Below are positions 36,490 to 48,591 of a stretch of DNA of 64,000 nt, piece by piece. The first letter of the stretch is position 1; every line of letters begins with the position of its first letter. The DNA is from Psammoneis japonica (taxonomy: Eukaryota): contig QPGO01000033.1 in assembly GCA_008632985.1 (NCBI GenBank), positions 372,001-436,000 of the forward strand, read 5' to 3'. Under the pieces are notes generated by a model. That model made no database searches, was not told where the DNA came from, and worked only from the letters and a program-made list of their open reading frames with translations. The position numbers were made by a program, and so were the translations under genes.

Positions 36490-38101
36490 ATGCTCGTTTC
36501 CCACGCTCTTGTTGCTTTGCTGCTTGCTTTGGGCGAATCCTTTTGCAGTGGCAACAAGCAGGGCCGCCAAGGTCTACTGTAGACCCAACTGGACCCCTTG
36601 AAAATCTGTGCTGCCACAGCAAATCTGAACAAATGAAGCTGTGGACCAGGCAGTCTATTGCCCAAGCAACAAAGCAAAGGGGAACAACAAGACAGCACCC
36701 CTGACACCTGCCTTGCATTTTGGATGCGCTCGAAAAATGCACATCTCTGGGCTTTCTTTTTAAAGTTTTGCGAGGTTTGACCGTTTTCAACTGCAAGATT
36801 CAGACTCATAGAACAAGCCAACATTTTAACTCATCAAGTGCCGTGTTGTCATGCTTGTTCTTGTCTGTTTGTTTTAAGAATGAAAGTCGTTTGAGAGTCG
36901 CTCCTCTGAGGACAATGACCCTGGCAGAACAAAATTTGATGCAAAATGGTGCCACTGATTTTTTGGGAGCAAAATTTCATTTCTGGAGAACAAGTTGAAC
37001 TCCAACACTTGCAGATGATGCACCAAACCAAATGTCTGAGTGGCAGGCTCGACTCCTGGTCTGGATTGGGTGCAACAGCACTTAAAAGCAGGTTTGAGTT
37101 TTTTCAAATTTCTGAGTGGCAGGCTCAACTCCTGTTCTGGATTGCAGCTGTCATGTGTGGAACAAATTTTATGGTGGCCAAGCTTTTGGATCAGATCATG
37201 CCCTTGTCGGCAAGTGCAGCAATTCTGTTTGCTGTGGCTGCTGTCCCTTGCACAATGGGAACTTTTGTGGTGCAACAAAACCAAGATGAGAGTGAAAAAG
37301 AGATGGACTGCAAACAGATTTTTCAGCCGCATTGGAACAAGCTTGGTGCATGGTGCATGGCACACTGGGCAAGGTGCCTTTGCCAAGCCTGCAGTTTTTG
37401 CAGCAGTTGGCAGATGCCAGGGAGAGTGCATTTTTTTCAACACCTTGGCTGTTGTGGTTGTCCCCACTTTGGAATCTGTTTTCAATGAAAAGGAACTTTA
37501 GCCAACTGCAGTTTTGCCTCTGTGGGCATGGCAGCGGGTGGTGGCATGGCACACTGCTGGAATGGGGAAAATCCTTGCTCGGCACTCCTGGGCATGGGGC
37601 AGTGCCAAAACATCAGCTGCCCTGTCACCGCCAAGTCACCATTGGAACCTGCTGTGTTTTTATCTTGGACAAGCATTCATGTTTGGTGTTCTTGGTTGTT
37701 GGTGATTGGAAAGTGTTTCCACCAAATTTCCTGACAAAAGTGATGTGTTGAGACAGTCTTTCAGAGCTTTGGGGTGTTGCTCTGGGGTCACAACTGCCTT
37801 GGCTGCTGACAGATGGTTCCAGCATTCCTGTGATTCAACAGCAGCTCTCAAGTGCATCTTTGGCAACTGATTTGTTGTGGACTGGGTTGGTGTCAATTGC
37901 ACTCACATTGTGCATGGAAATTGTGGTGCTGATTGCCATGTTGGCCACCAATCTCACACTCACAATGACGACATTGACTGGCATCTTTGGGTCTCTTTTT
38001 GCCCATTTGATGCTGGGTGTGAATTTTTGAGTGGTGAAGGAATTGCAGGTGGCACCTTGGCTGTGCTTGCTTGCATTCTTTCAACTCCATCAAAGGACTG
38101 A
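36490..38101 (+). pseudogene. Hypermutated EamA/DMT-family transporter pseudogene, originally with signal/plastid presequence
   Basis: MLVSHALVALLLALGESF start; remnants AVMCGTNFMVAKLLDQIMPLSASAAILFAVAA, ECIFFNTLAVVVVPTLE, LLWTGLVSIALTLCMEIV and GIFGSLFAHLMLG, GIAGGTLAVLAC. Many stops and frameshifts. Confidence 0.75.
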
Positions 38102-41100
38102 CAAGTGCCAAAGCAAATGTTGTTTTGAGCTGAACCAATTTTGTTTTTGCCAGTCGTCATTGGGTCTGGTGCCTTCTTGGAAACTTGTGACGTGACAGTC
38201 TTTGCAACAACATTGTGAAGTCTGACACCCTCTGAGCAAGTTAGGAGATTGGCAGCTGCCACTTTGTTGCACCCAAGCCACAATGCCTTGCAGTTGAAAC
38301 ATTGGCATGGGGTGCATTGCCACACCAAGGGTGCCACATCATGGCCTCTGTCCATGTTGGCAATTTGCCCAAGAGGATGTGCATTGCCCTTCTTGCATTT
38401 TTGCTTTCTTGTTCCAAAGCCAGCATTTCCACCATGAGCACCACAAGAGCAAGATGGTGGGGGGTGTTCCTGTGTGAGGAAGCTGGGGATTGCCATCCAC
38501 CAATGCATCAGCTGCTGAGCACACCATGCAGAAATTTGCAAAACAAAACGTCACAGAAAGCTGTTCTCTTTGGTGTTGCAAAAGGCTGCATCACCCAAAA
38601 TGGTCATTTGTGGCTTTGCAAAACAATTTGACAAGTCTCAGAGTTGTTTCTCAGTGATCAAAAATGGAGCAAACCATGACATGATGCCATCTGTGGTGGC
38701 TTCATTGCAACTGCAGTCGTGGAAGCATGCGCAGCTTGTCACAGTGCTCTGTTTCACCACCTCATGCTGGCTTTTTCAACAGCTTGACGTTGCACACAAT
38801 GGTGCAATGAAAACATTTTTCAATGAACCAAGCAAGAGCCAAAGGCAAAAGGTCCATTCCCAGAGGCAGCTTTTTGTTGTGCCCAGACAAAAAGTCTCCA
38901 AACCTGGGGTTTTTGAATTTCTGTTTTGTCATTGGCTTGAGTGGCATTTTGCAAGTGCAAAAGCACCAGCTTTGATTGTGTGTGCATGATGATGCAATTT
39001 TTGGGGCAAATCTTGCTTTTGCCATGGATGTGTTCACACAGCAACGAGCCAGACAACTTGCTTTTGCAGTGCATGGCCCATGCAATTGCAGCACTTGCCA
39101 CATGACTGCGGTTGTTAAAGAAGTGCACCTGGTGCCATTGCATTGCAACACATGACAGATGCACTGTGCTGTGGGCTGCACAGCGCAACGATGCAACTGC
39201 CATTTTTGCACAGGAGTCATGCAGAGCATGCTGCAAACAAAAATGCCATTGCAGCTTTTGACTCAAGCAGAAGCCACATGAAATCATGGCATGTCATGTC
39301 TCACAGGTGCATGGACAGACAGCTAGAAAGCTGCTTGCATGACACTCTTGCTGCATCGCTGGAGTCAGCAGGAATTGAGATGACAGCTGCAGGCACAACA
39401 CCACATCACATGACCAAAAAAAGTGACACAACCATGAGTCATAAAACTCAATGCAAACAAGGCCATAACTCACAAGGCCAAGCTTCAACTCTCTGTCCAC
39501 AGCCAACACACAAGTGCAAATGACCAACAAACCAACCCGATGATTTTTGCCACAATCACATTTCAGCATCAGGATTGCTGTTTCAGACAAGCATTGTTGC
39601 ACCCCTTCTTGTGTGCACACATGTGCCATTTGGGTGGCACACACGAATGCCACAACTCCAGTGTTTTTGTGATGTGGGGGATGCTTTGTTCCTGCAACAT
39701 GGAAATCTGGCTGCTTGATGCTCAAGACTTGTCTGCCAAGGGCCGAGGTGGGGCAGGCATTTGTGGTGTCTCAGTTGTGGAAAATGCTTCATGTCAAAGA
39801 AGGGGTTGTTGTTGGGGCTGGCAAACAATGTCCTCCCACAATGTGGCCAGTGCAGAACCCAAAGCAAAGCACAAAAGCACTTGTGCTTTATGCAAAATTG
39901 AGCTTGCACCAAAAAACAAGCAGGGACATCTGCCATTGTCAAGCCAGGCAGAGCACTGCAAGGGGCTTGCTGGAACAATGACTTCATTGTGCAATTGAGC
40001 TGTGACAACATGCCATCACCTGGCCAAATTGAGAAAGGTGCTCATGTCCAAATGACACTTTCATGAGACAAAGCTGAGCCTGCTGAATGACAACATTGCT
40101 CACAAAAAAAGTGCAAGAGCACTGCACGGCAGCATTTGCTCATGAAGAAGTGCTGAGAAAAGTGATGCTCAAGTCATCACCAAGCTTGCTTCTGACCCTC
40201 ATGACCCTGCAGTGTGCTCTTGTTTGCTCATGCAAGTTTTGTTCTCATCTTGTTGTTCCCTGAATTGCACACAGAGCAAACAAATGAGTTCATGGTGCCA
40301 AAGCAAAGGTTGATGCAGCTGGGCAATTCAGACAAAGATGACATGGGAGCATGAACAGCAGCAGCATTTTCCCAGTCATTCCACACCACAAGAAATGATG
40401 GGGGTCAAATCTGCTTGCACCCATGAGATCTGATGTCAACAGAGAAGTCTTGAGAGCATGCAATCAACAGCTGCCAAAGAATGAGCTTTGCACACCTGCT
40501 GACATGCAGTTTGAAAAGCACAACAGAAAAGACAGGCAAACAACACTGCAGGAGGACTGATGCTTGCACTCAAGAGTGGTGACAAAACACGCAGGATTTG
40601 TGGCAATTGCAGGTGGGGCAATGCACACCACTTGCAGCAAGAGAAGTGAACATCAGATCACATGAGAGTCAGGGTTTTGAGGAGCCCAACATGGTGGCTG
40701 GCATCTTTGCAGTCAACCCCACTTTTGCATGTGACGTGCCAATGTTTGCATCTAGAAGTCTGCTGCTGAAGACTTGCTGCATGCCAACGTTTTGGGGGAC
40801 GTCTTCGGAAGTGAGACTGTCAAAGAAAGTCATGTAGAATTTGCACTGAAACAGTCTGTCAATCAGTGCGATTGGGCATTTGGGACCTCTGGACAGATCC
40901 CACGTGTTTTCTTGTGCATGCAAATTGCACTGGGAAAGCCCCCAAACGCACTGGCGATCAGACCACCTTCAATGATCTCACTTCCAAAGACGCCCCCCAG
41001 CTTCCTTTTCTTGTCAGCGTGTGTGCTGTCACCCATTTTGCAATTGCCCAGGTTTCTGTTTTAAGCCACATCAAGCATGCTTTGTTCCTGAGTCATGGTG

Positions 41101-41960
41101 CAATTCATCAAAAAATGAGCCATCATTCTGTCATCACTGCCTTGCTCCAAAAAGCCCTTGCTGTGTGATGTGGCATGGCATGTGCTCGCTGCTTTTGCTG
41201 TGAATGCCAGCATTTGCTGCAGACACAGCACCCCAGCATGCACACTCTGTTCACACTGAGGACCCTTGCAACAACTTGCAACTGACAGCAAAGCTCTCCT
41301 CTCTTGCCAGCCAAATTTTGTTCATCTGTCTGGCATGCAAGCACAGCCTTGAGTGCTGATTTTCTGAGCATGTCAGCAAGCGAGGGTGCAAGCACACGCG
41401 TTGTCCTGATGGCACATTTTCCAGCTTTGGGCGGGATGCTCTGCACGGCATTTTGAGCCTGCCGAGCTTTGCAAACAAACCCTGCAGCAAAATCGCTGTG
41501 CAACAAACAAGTCAACAATTGGTTGGGAACAGAGTGAGAGATGACTGTTTTTAGATTGATTTTGGGAAACACCCAGCCAGGCTTGAAGCATGTGTGTTGT
41601 TTCTGGTGCTTGCTCAGGTGCCCCGCTCACATGTGAAAAATGTCACCAACACAACTGCCTGACTGTGGTCTCGAAAATGGTCAAAATCAAGTTCTTTTGG
41701 CTTTGTAAAATGGGGCATGTCAGTGCTTGACGAAAGAGCTGGTGCGCACCCCCGCCCTGCTCTGCCAATCGAGTTTGGGTTCCTGCTTGTCACCAGCCAT
41801 GTGGAGGCGCAGAACCAGCTGATGAGCATGTGCAGCGCAGAACTGTTGGCTTGCCGCGCGCCAGCCACCAAGTTCAAAGTTCCGAGACTCTGGCCGGCAA
41901 AGCGCGGATCGGATGACTCAGAACTTGAAGAACGGCAGCCGGCGATTGGCTGATTTCATC
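36830..41960. mobile_element. CpG/TpA-depleted degenerate block C (EamA pseudogene plus TE remnants)
   Basis: CG and TA are near-absent, with graded edges. Confidence 0.7.
38400..38950 (+). mobile_element. Possible pogo/Fot1-like DDE_1 transposase remnant
   Basis: Fragments KGCITQ...LW and FTTSCWLFQQLDVAHNGAMKT resemble the DDE_1 'GW.t..F..W' and 'PxxTxxLQPLDV..f...K' motifs. Confidence 0.4.
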
Positions 41961-42343
41961 CTCGACTGACGAACGTGGGTGCAGTGAAACGACTTGGATG
42001 GCGCTTCGTATTTGAGTCTTCATTCCTTTTGATTCCGATGAAACTTTACGATCTGAAAAATAGTTTGATGACGTGTAGGTTTAACGACTCAGACATCAAA
42101 CCCCTTCTCATCTTCCCACCGGCAGGTCTCAACGGGCGCGAAACAGCGATGAAAAGCACTGTTCAACGCATACAACGCATGACCATTTCCACTATCGTCT
42201 TTTGTGAGGGAAGCGGTATCGCGGAACATCAAGATCACTTTGAGTTCCGCAAAATCAATCACCGCTGTCTCATTCACTGAATCAGCCTCATTCAGCCTGA
42301 TGAGCTGGTTATCTCAGCTTTTCATGGGAAGCCTCGATTCATC

Positions 42344-44509
42344 ATGCCAAACTTAATCGCAACTCATCCACCGACCTCTTGTAAGATGAAGCCCAAGAAA
42401 CTCCTTAAGAGACTCTCGCCTTTTGGAAAGCAAAAGAATTCGTTTTGGAAAGATCATCATCGCTGCTACGAGGGGCTCAACAAAACACCCCATGATGTTT
42501 CCTCTTTCGAGATCAAGCCGGTTCCTGCCGAAATTGATACTGACTTGGAGTCCAGCGTGTGCTCGCAGCAAGCTCACGATTTTCACCAGTTCACTCCTGA
42601 GGAATTAGAGCGGACTTCGTACGCAAAGGATGCAGCATTTCCTGTTGGCTGCAGGTTGTCACCACCTCCCCAGGACTCCCCGCCCTGTTCTCCTTCCACT
42701 ACTCGTTGCCGACCTTTGAACGACTTCGCGAACTCGCCTCTGGATGCGTCTTTCATCGTATGGGAGGATTCATCGGATTGCGGTGATGGAGTTCAGTCCT
42801 CGTCTCCTACGGGCGTGGTGACTTGGCCTCCATCGCAAGATAATGTATCCGAAACACCTGAGGTCGAGAGCTCTGCCACATGGGGAAGTGGCTTTGGCAG
42901 TGAATCAAAGGTTGATGAAGCTACCTGTTCAGATTTACCCAGCTTCAAGAAAAGCCTTGTCGGCCCAGAGGCTGACTCTGACTGTACATCTGCCCTCCCC
43001 TTTACCCCAGATGCTATCGAGTCCCCCCCTGCCATACCTGAATTGGAACCCCTTACTGACGAGGACAGCGTCTTCACCGAAACAACGATGAGCCCAGCTG
43101 CATTCAACACGAGGGCGATGCTGACGGAGCCCCATCATTTCGCACCTCCGGCTATCAAGCAAAGAGAGGAGAAGCGGGTCAAGATCTCTGTTTTGCTCCT
43201 GAAGCCGGCGAACAAGAGCTTCGAGCTAACTCAAGTACAGTTTCGTCCTTCTGCAAGCTCCGTGGAAGATGTGTTGAGCTTATCAAAGGAGCGTGCTTCG
43301 GACATTCGGCTTGTTTTGCAAAAGTATTCAGGCCTCTACCATCCGGATCGCGAAGTTGAAGTCTTTGACGAAACAGTCTGGCAAATACAGGACCATGATA
43401 TCCTTGTGGCAATTCCCGTCGGATACTCCTCCAGGCAAGTATCAGTCATTGCCAAGAGCATTCTGTCGAGGCGGTCCATGACTGATTTGGTTCATCGACT
43501 TTGCCCCGAAAAGAGTTCCCCGCCGCCCCAGAAGCAAATTGAAGCCAAGGTGACGACGGCGCTCGCAACCGTACCAGAACGCGAGAAGAAGATCAAGCTA
43601 CTGGTTCTTTTGCTAGACCCTCGATTTCGCACGTTTGAACTGTGCGAAATCAAGTACCGTCCCAGCACTGCTTCGATCAAGAAGGTGCTAGGCAAGATCC
43701 CCGGCAAGGCCACCCGACCAGAGCTTGGATATCGAACTTACGTCGGTCTCTGCAAGCCCGCAGACGGTGCCGAAATCACCAAGAGCTGTCTTTCAAAGGG
43801 CGATTTGGATGTGGTTGTTGCAGTTCCTAAACGATTCACTGGAGAAACGATTTCTTGCTACGCGAGACAGGTCCTCTCAAGCCGCAGTTTGTCAGATGTC
43901 GTGGAACAGCACAAGCTGGATCAAGATGCGCTCGTTGGCGAGAAACAAGTGTGCTCACCACCACAAGTGGATGAGAAATCACCCGGATCACCCAGGTTGG
44001 TCAACGGCGTTCCTCTGATCAAGTCTACGCCGATGGGATCAAGTCCTTCGTCCTCTGAAGTCGAATCCTTGCCATCTGTGGCTTGCTCGGCAATGTCCAC
44101 CACGTCAAGCTCGGACATGTCGTGCGGTACATCATCAACCGAACGGCAAATCGTTGTAAGCACTCCACCGCCACCTCCCTTGATGGTGAGCCCCAAGAAA
44201 CTCTACTCTGCGCCATCTGTGCCAAGACGCACCCGTCGCGCCAAGTGCAAATCGTTTGCCATGCGCGTTTCCGGAGTCATCTTTGCCAGCATGGTCTTTG
44301 TGTACCGTGTCAACTCGACCATTACTACCGGCGGGGTTGGCAGTCAGTCGGCCATGGGTGCGAGCGGATTCATTCAAGCCATCATTATGATTGCATTCAT
44401 GGTTCTTGTTCAGAGAAGCATGGTGGCAAACCAAGCTCAAAAGCGAAGCGTGGTTCAGCCCAAGGTTACCGGCATTCCAGAGACGGTGCTTGTAGCCGTT
44501 TCACGGTAA
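42344..44509 (+). CDS. Hypothetical protein with two 'LLLxP...FEL' domains and two C-terminal TM helices; paralog of 34509-35915
   Basis: 721-aa ORF; VLLLKPANKSFELTQVQF...YSGLYHP and VLLLDPRFRTFELCEIKY...YVGLCKPADG. Confidence 0.8.
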   Translation: MPNLIATHPPTSCKMKPKKLLKRLSPFGKQKNSFWKDHHRCYEGLNKTPHDVSSFEIKPVPAEIDTDLESSVCSQQAHDFHQFTPEELERTSYAKDAAFPVGCRLSPPPQDSPPCSPSTTRCRPLNDFANSPLDASFIVWEDSSDCGDGVQSSSPTGVVTWPPSQDNVSETPEVESSATWGSGFGSESKVDEATCSDLPSFKKSLVGPEADSDCTSALPFTPDAIESPPAIPELEPLTDEDSVFTETTMSPAAFNTRAMLTEPHHFAPPAIKQREEKRVKISVLLLKPANKSFELTQVQFRPSASSVEDVLSLSKERASDIRLVLQKYSGLYHPDREVEVFDETVWQIQDHDILVAIPVGYSSRQVSVIAKSILSRRSMTDLVHRLCPEKSSPPPQKQIEAKVTTALATVPEREKKIKLLVLLLDPRFRTFELCEIKYRPSTASIKKVLGKIPGKATRPELGYRTYVGLCKPADGAEITKSCLSKGDLDVVVAVPKRFTGETISCYARQVLSSRSLSDVVEQHKLDQDALVGEKQVCSPPQVDEKSPGSPRLVNGVPLIKSTPMGSSPSSSEVESLPSVACSAMSTTSSSDMSCGTSSTERQIVVSTPPPPPLMVSPKKLYSAPSVPRRTRRAKCKSFAMRVSGVIFASMVFVYRVNSTITTGGVGSQSAMGASGFIQAIIMIAFMVLVQRSMVANQAQKRSVVQPKVTGIPETVLVAVSR

Positions 44510-44651
44510 TTCAAAGAAGCACTTCCAGGAAGAGACAAGCTTACAAGCTATCAAGGAATAAGAAGTGCCCCCGTGGATTTCGATACTCTTGCTTGAGTTG
44601 CGATTCATCCCTTGGCACAACTTACATGATTCTGTTGCTTGTCCTAACCTT

Positions 44652-45272
44652 TGTCCCAAGATGATCTCCCCGAAGCTTGGCTTTGTCCCTTTCTACTCCA
44701 AGATCGACAAGGTGCCCCCTTGGAGGACGGTGTGATCGTCTACTCCCTTGGCATCATGCAATGGGAGATTTGTAAGGGCAATTCTTTGCTTTTCAAGGTC
44801 CACAAGGTTGACGCTGTGCTTTGTAGATGTCGACCACTCGGTTGTTTCCTACCAGGGCACGTCCGCACAAAGATATGGTTTCCCCGAAGCTTGGCTTTGT
44901 CCTTTTCATCGAGATCGACAAGGTGCCCCCGTGGAGGACGGTGTGATCGTCTACTCCCTTGGTATCTTGCATGGAGATGTATGTAAGGGCGAGGCTTTGC
45001 TTTTCAAGGTCCACGAGATTGACGCTGTGCTTTAAAGATGTCGACCAATCGGTTGTTTCCTACGATAGCACGTCTGTCCAAAGATGAAGCTTGGCTTTGT
45101 CCCTTTCCCAAGATCGACAAGGTGCCCCCGTGGAGGACGGCGTGATCGTCTACTCCCTTGGCATCGTGCATGAAGATATATGAAAGGGCGTGGCTTTGCT
45201 TTTCAAGATCCACAAGATTGACGCTGTGCTTTGAAGATATCGACCACTCGGTTGTATCCTAGCATGGCACGT
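44652..45272 (+). repeat. Tandem repeat, 3 copies of ~200-215 bp
   Basis: gaagcttggctttgtcc...agatcgacaaggtgcccc..ggaggacgg.gtgatcgtctactcccttgg...ttgacgctgtgcttt recurs at ~44672, 44886 and 45086. Confidence 0.9.
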
Positions 45273-45769
45273 TTATTCCTCAAGTGGCCCAGCTTATGGC
45301 AAGTGGCCCAGCTTATGTTGTGACGATAGTCCCCCAAGACCCTCAAGAATAGCACAATACCTCGAGTTGCAGCTTGTGTCCCCGTGGAGGTTTCGTCCTC
45401 CCTTGACTCTGAGAGCGCCTCTCGAGCGATGCTTTTCTATTCCTGCCCCTCAAGACGATCCTACGAAAGTACGCAACGTTACTCTCTGCATTCTCCATAC
45501 ATTTCATCCTTCCCGTCCACAAGATTTACGTTCTATTCACATGCGACTTTCATACTTAATTATTATGTAGGTAACATTTATCCTGCAATGCTACTCAGTC
45601 GATTTCCTTAGCAATTCCTTCCACCCAATCACTCAAGCATTAGAGCACGCACATACTATACCGTAAATATTTGCGCTGTTGACAAAATCTTAAAGTTAAC
45701 TCTGTAACAATCAATTTCAGCTCACACATGTCAAGTCTCTTGTCTGGCAGTGCTGTACCGTATGTTCGC

Positions 45770-46483
45770 TTATTGGACTGCAGAGGTACTTCCACCCGGA
45801 ACATCGTCATGATCATCTAGTTCCAGATTCTCCATATTCTCCAGAATAACTTCAGGACGTACCTGAATCAAGTGATCTCCATTTTTGTTGTTCTCATCCT
45901 CGTCATCTTCTTCATCCAGAGTCTCCAAAAGCGCGTCTCCCGTCGCAATCGAGTTGTTTGTACTCGATATTTTCTTGACATCCGAGAAGGCGTGCACATC
46001 TTCCAAATCATCGTTGCATAGCCGTTCATTGACGGGCGGAAGCGACGATACAGACGCCTGCAAGTCCTTGACAGACGCTTGTGCGTCTTTTGGGTTCATA
46101 TCTTCAAATCCTGCCTTGTCCGTGAGAATATCAGGATCCACCAAGTCTTCCAGGTCTTGCAGAGACGAAATGGACGAGCCGGCATCAAAGGTTGTTTCTG
46201 TATTCTTCACAGAGGGAGATCGGGATCGAGATCGTTGTCCTGCACTTCCAACACGACGGTGGTGTTTGAGCAAGGCGTCTGCCGAATCCAACAAACTACT
46301 GCTTGTAGGACCTCCCGATAAACGCTGCGATGGCACACCGCGCGTCGCGTGCATTCGCAGCGGAGGCAAATCCTCCGTGCCATTGTTGTTGTTGTTATCG
46401 TCGTTACTGCCACGGACGACGTCCTCCACGCTCAGTTCTACTCCTTCTGATGCTTCCACTGTTGTAGTCGTGTTCTCCACCAT
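45770..46483 (-). CDS. Hypothetical acidic low-complexity protein
   Basis: Open frame from MVENTTT with coding-like composition. Confidence 0.6.
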   Translation of the reverse strand: MVENTTTTVEASEGVELSVEDVVRGSNDDNNNNNGTEDLPPLRMHATRGVPSQRLSGGPTSSSLLDSADALLKHHRRVGSAGQRSRSRSPSVKNTETTFDAGSSISSLQDLEDLVDPDILTDKAGFEDMNPKDAQASVKDLQASVSSLPPVNERLCNDDLEDVHAFSDVKKISSTNNSIATGDALLETLDEEDDEDENNKNGDHLIQVRPEVILENMENLELDDHDDVPGGSTSAVQ

Positions 46484-46782
46484 GGTGTAATGTGTATTGT
46501 AATCTCTTTTCCAAGACTTGTAATGTTCGAAGTGATTCCGTTCGAACGAAGGTGTGATTGAATGTTTCTCTGCACGCACTTGGCCGTGTTGTTTTGCATG
46601 CGAAGCCTGCGCGAGCTCGACTGTCAAGTCAGAAAGTGTATCTACGAGAACGTGTACGTCATGTCGCGTATGTAGAAAGTTATGTAGTTTTGTACGGCAC
46701 TTCAAAACGCACGTCTGTCTGCCTTTCGTTCACCTCGAGCACCTTTCGTCTGCTATCGTCCGACATTGTTTTGTGCTTCACC

Positions 46783-47703
46783 ATGGCGACACCGACGGCA
46801 TCTGAGTTGAATCAGAGCACCGAGGATACTTCGTGGCTTGACGCCTTTTCAATTCTTGATCCAAAGGTGAGTTTGTGAAAAGCATATGAAGTAATTGATG
46901 AATTCTGAGCTCACAATTTTCTATTCACAATTTTTCAACAAAAAACACCGCATATAGGCATATTTGAATGGCTTTCTTGAAAAGGACACAAGACCAGATG
47001 GACGTTTATTGTATGGAGTTCGTCCTACAGTAATTCACAAGTCCACACTGACAAAAAACTCGGTGGGTTCGGCCTTGGTAAAGCTCGGTCAAACCCAAGT
47101 CTTGGGAGCCGTCACGCTGCAAGTGGGACAGCCCTCGGCAGCGGCTCCCAACGAGGGAGACGTGCAAGTCGTGTTGCAACAACAAAACGACAGCGGCGAT
47201 GATGACGAGTCGTGGATACAATCCTTGCTGCAACGGCATGTTTTGAATGTAAAGATTTGTGTATCAAAGAGGGTAAGGCTGCCTGGCGATTGGTAGTTGT
47301 TCTGCAAGTACTGAATGAAAATGGCAATGTCAAGGATGCCGCCTTTTTAGCAGCGCTGGCGGCTCTTGCGGATACCAAGCTTCCCACCAATATCGTATGG
47401 AACAATGACAAGGTGGAACTGTCGGACCAAGACGAGTGCGTCGCTTTGAAATTAAACAAGGTGGCCGTCCTCTTTCGATTGGTTTGTACAAGGATAGCAA
47501 CGAAAAGATTATCTTTTTGGTGGATCCAAGTCCACTCGAGAGCCAACTATTGGAAGGGACAATCACGTTGGTGGCCACGACCAACCAAGAGTTGGTGAGT
47601 GTGAACTATGTGGAAACGCTAGATTATCCATTCAGGATCTAAGCAAGTGTGCACACATGGCGTTTGGACGGGCCGAAGAACTGACTGGCTATTGTTGGAA
47701 TAA
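46783..47703 (+). CDS. RNase PH-family exosome core subunit (RRP43/RRP42-like)
   Basis: RPDGR, GSALVKLGQTQVL, LCIKEGKAAWRL.V.LQVLNENGNVKDA...AALADTKLP and LVDPSPLE. Intron 46867-46957. About three 1-bp frameshifts. Confidence 0.75.
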
Positions 47704-48157
47704 GTGTTTAGCATGCGGTGCCTTACGGTATTATCGATGTAAGGGGCGTCATGTGGCATTGGCTCATACACATAGCAATGTCTTCTCCTCCGCATGGTCT
47801 CTAAAGGAATTTCAATACGAGTACAGTTGTCAGCGACTCTTTACGGCGTCATGCACGTCGTCTGCAATGACAATCCCAAGATCGCAAGCCGTTTCATGAA
47901 GCATACTAATCACCCATCATCTTTGTCGAGTTACAGCTCCGTTTCTATTTTGATTGAGTCCAATCCAGAAGGTGTCACAAGAGATTCATGCTACAGTGAA
48001 TATGCAAACAAGCTTCTTCAACGGACCCACATCTACTATCTTTTATCCAAGCTATTCAACTCTTGTCTATACAAAGGTAGCAAGTCAACGCCAAGGCCAC
48101 ACAGTTCATATGTTGTCGCTGACTTTAAAAAATGGTCACCGAGGAACGATATCACAT

Positions 48158-48591
48158 TCAAAAGTGACGGGTACGCTTGCCCTTGGGAGCCTTGGAGCTT
48201 CCCAAACTGCTAGAAGGAGACTTGGATTCCTTCAGCTGACGGCGTTTGCCCTTGGGAGCCTTGGACGAGGGAGACTTGGATTCCTTCAATTGACGGCGCT
48301 TGCCCTTTGGCGCCTTGGAGCTCGAGGGAGACTTGGATTGCTTCAATTGACGGCGTTTGCCCTTGGGAGCCTTGGACGAGGGAGACTTGGATTGCTTCAA
48401 TGACGGCGTTGGCGCTTTGGCGCCTTGGAGCTTCCCGAACTACTCGATGGCGACTTGGTGCTCTTCGAGTCCTTTCCTTTCAAGGCCCTCGCAAACACAC
48501 TAGCGTACTCGTCGCGTAGACCAAAACAAGACGTTGCGCACAGAGACACAAGGAGAGAAATGAGAAGAGGAACAATGAGGGAGAACTTCAT
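48158..48591 (-). CDS. Silaffin-like secreted Lys/Ser-rich repeat precursor
   Basis: Signal peptide MKFSLIVPLLISLLVSLCATSCFG, then RAL, then ~5 units of K(E/Q)SKSPSS(S)KAPKGKRRQL (54-57 nt repeats). One 1-bp frameshift at ~48400. Confidence 0.75.

Noticed and set aside
45281..45317. 19-bp tandem duplication caagtggcccagcttatg
   Set aside because: Too short and isolated to imply function.
48158..48460. Repeat array as CRISPR or simple satellite
   Set aside because: There are no unique spacers, and the units are multiples of 3 that encode a signal-peptide-led protein.
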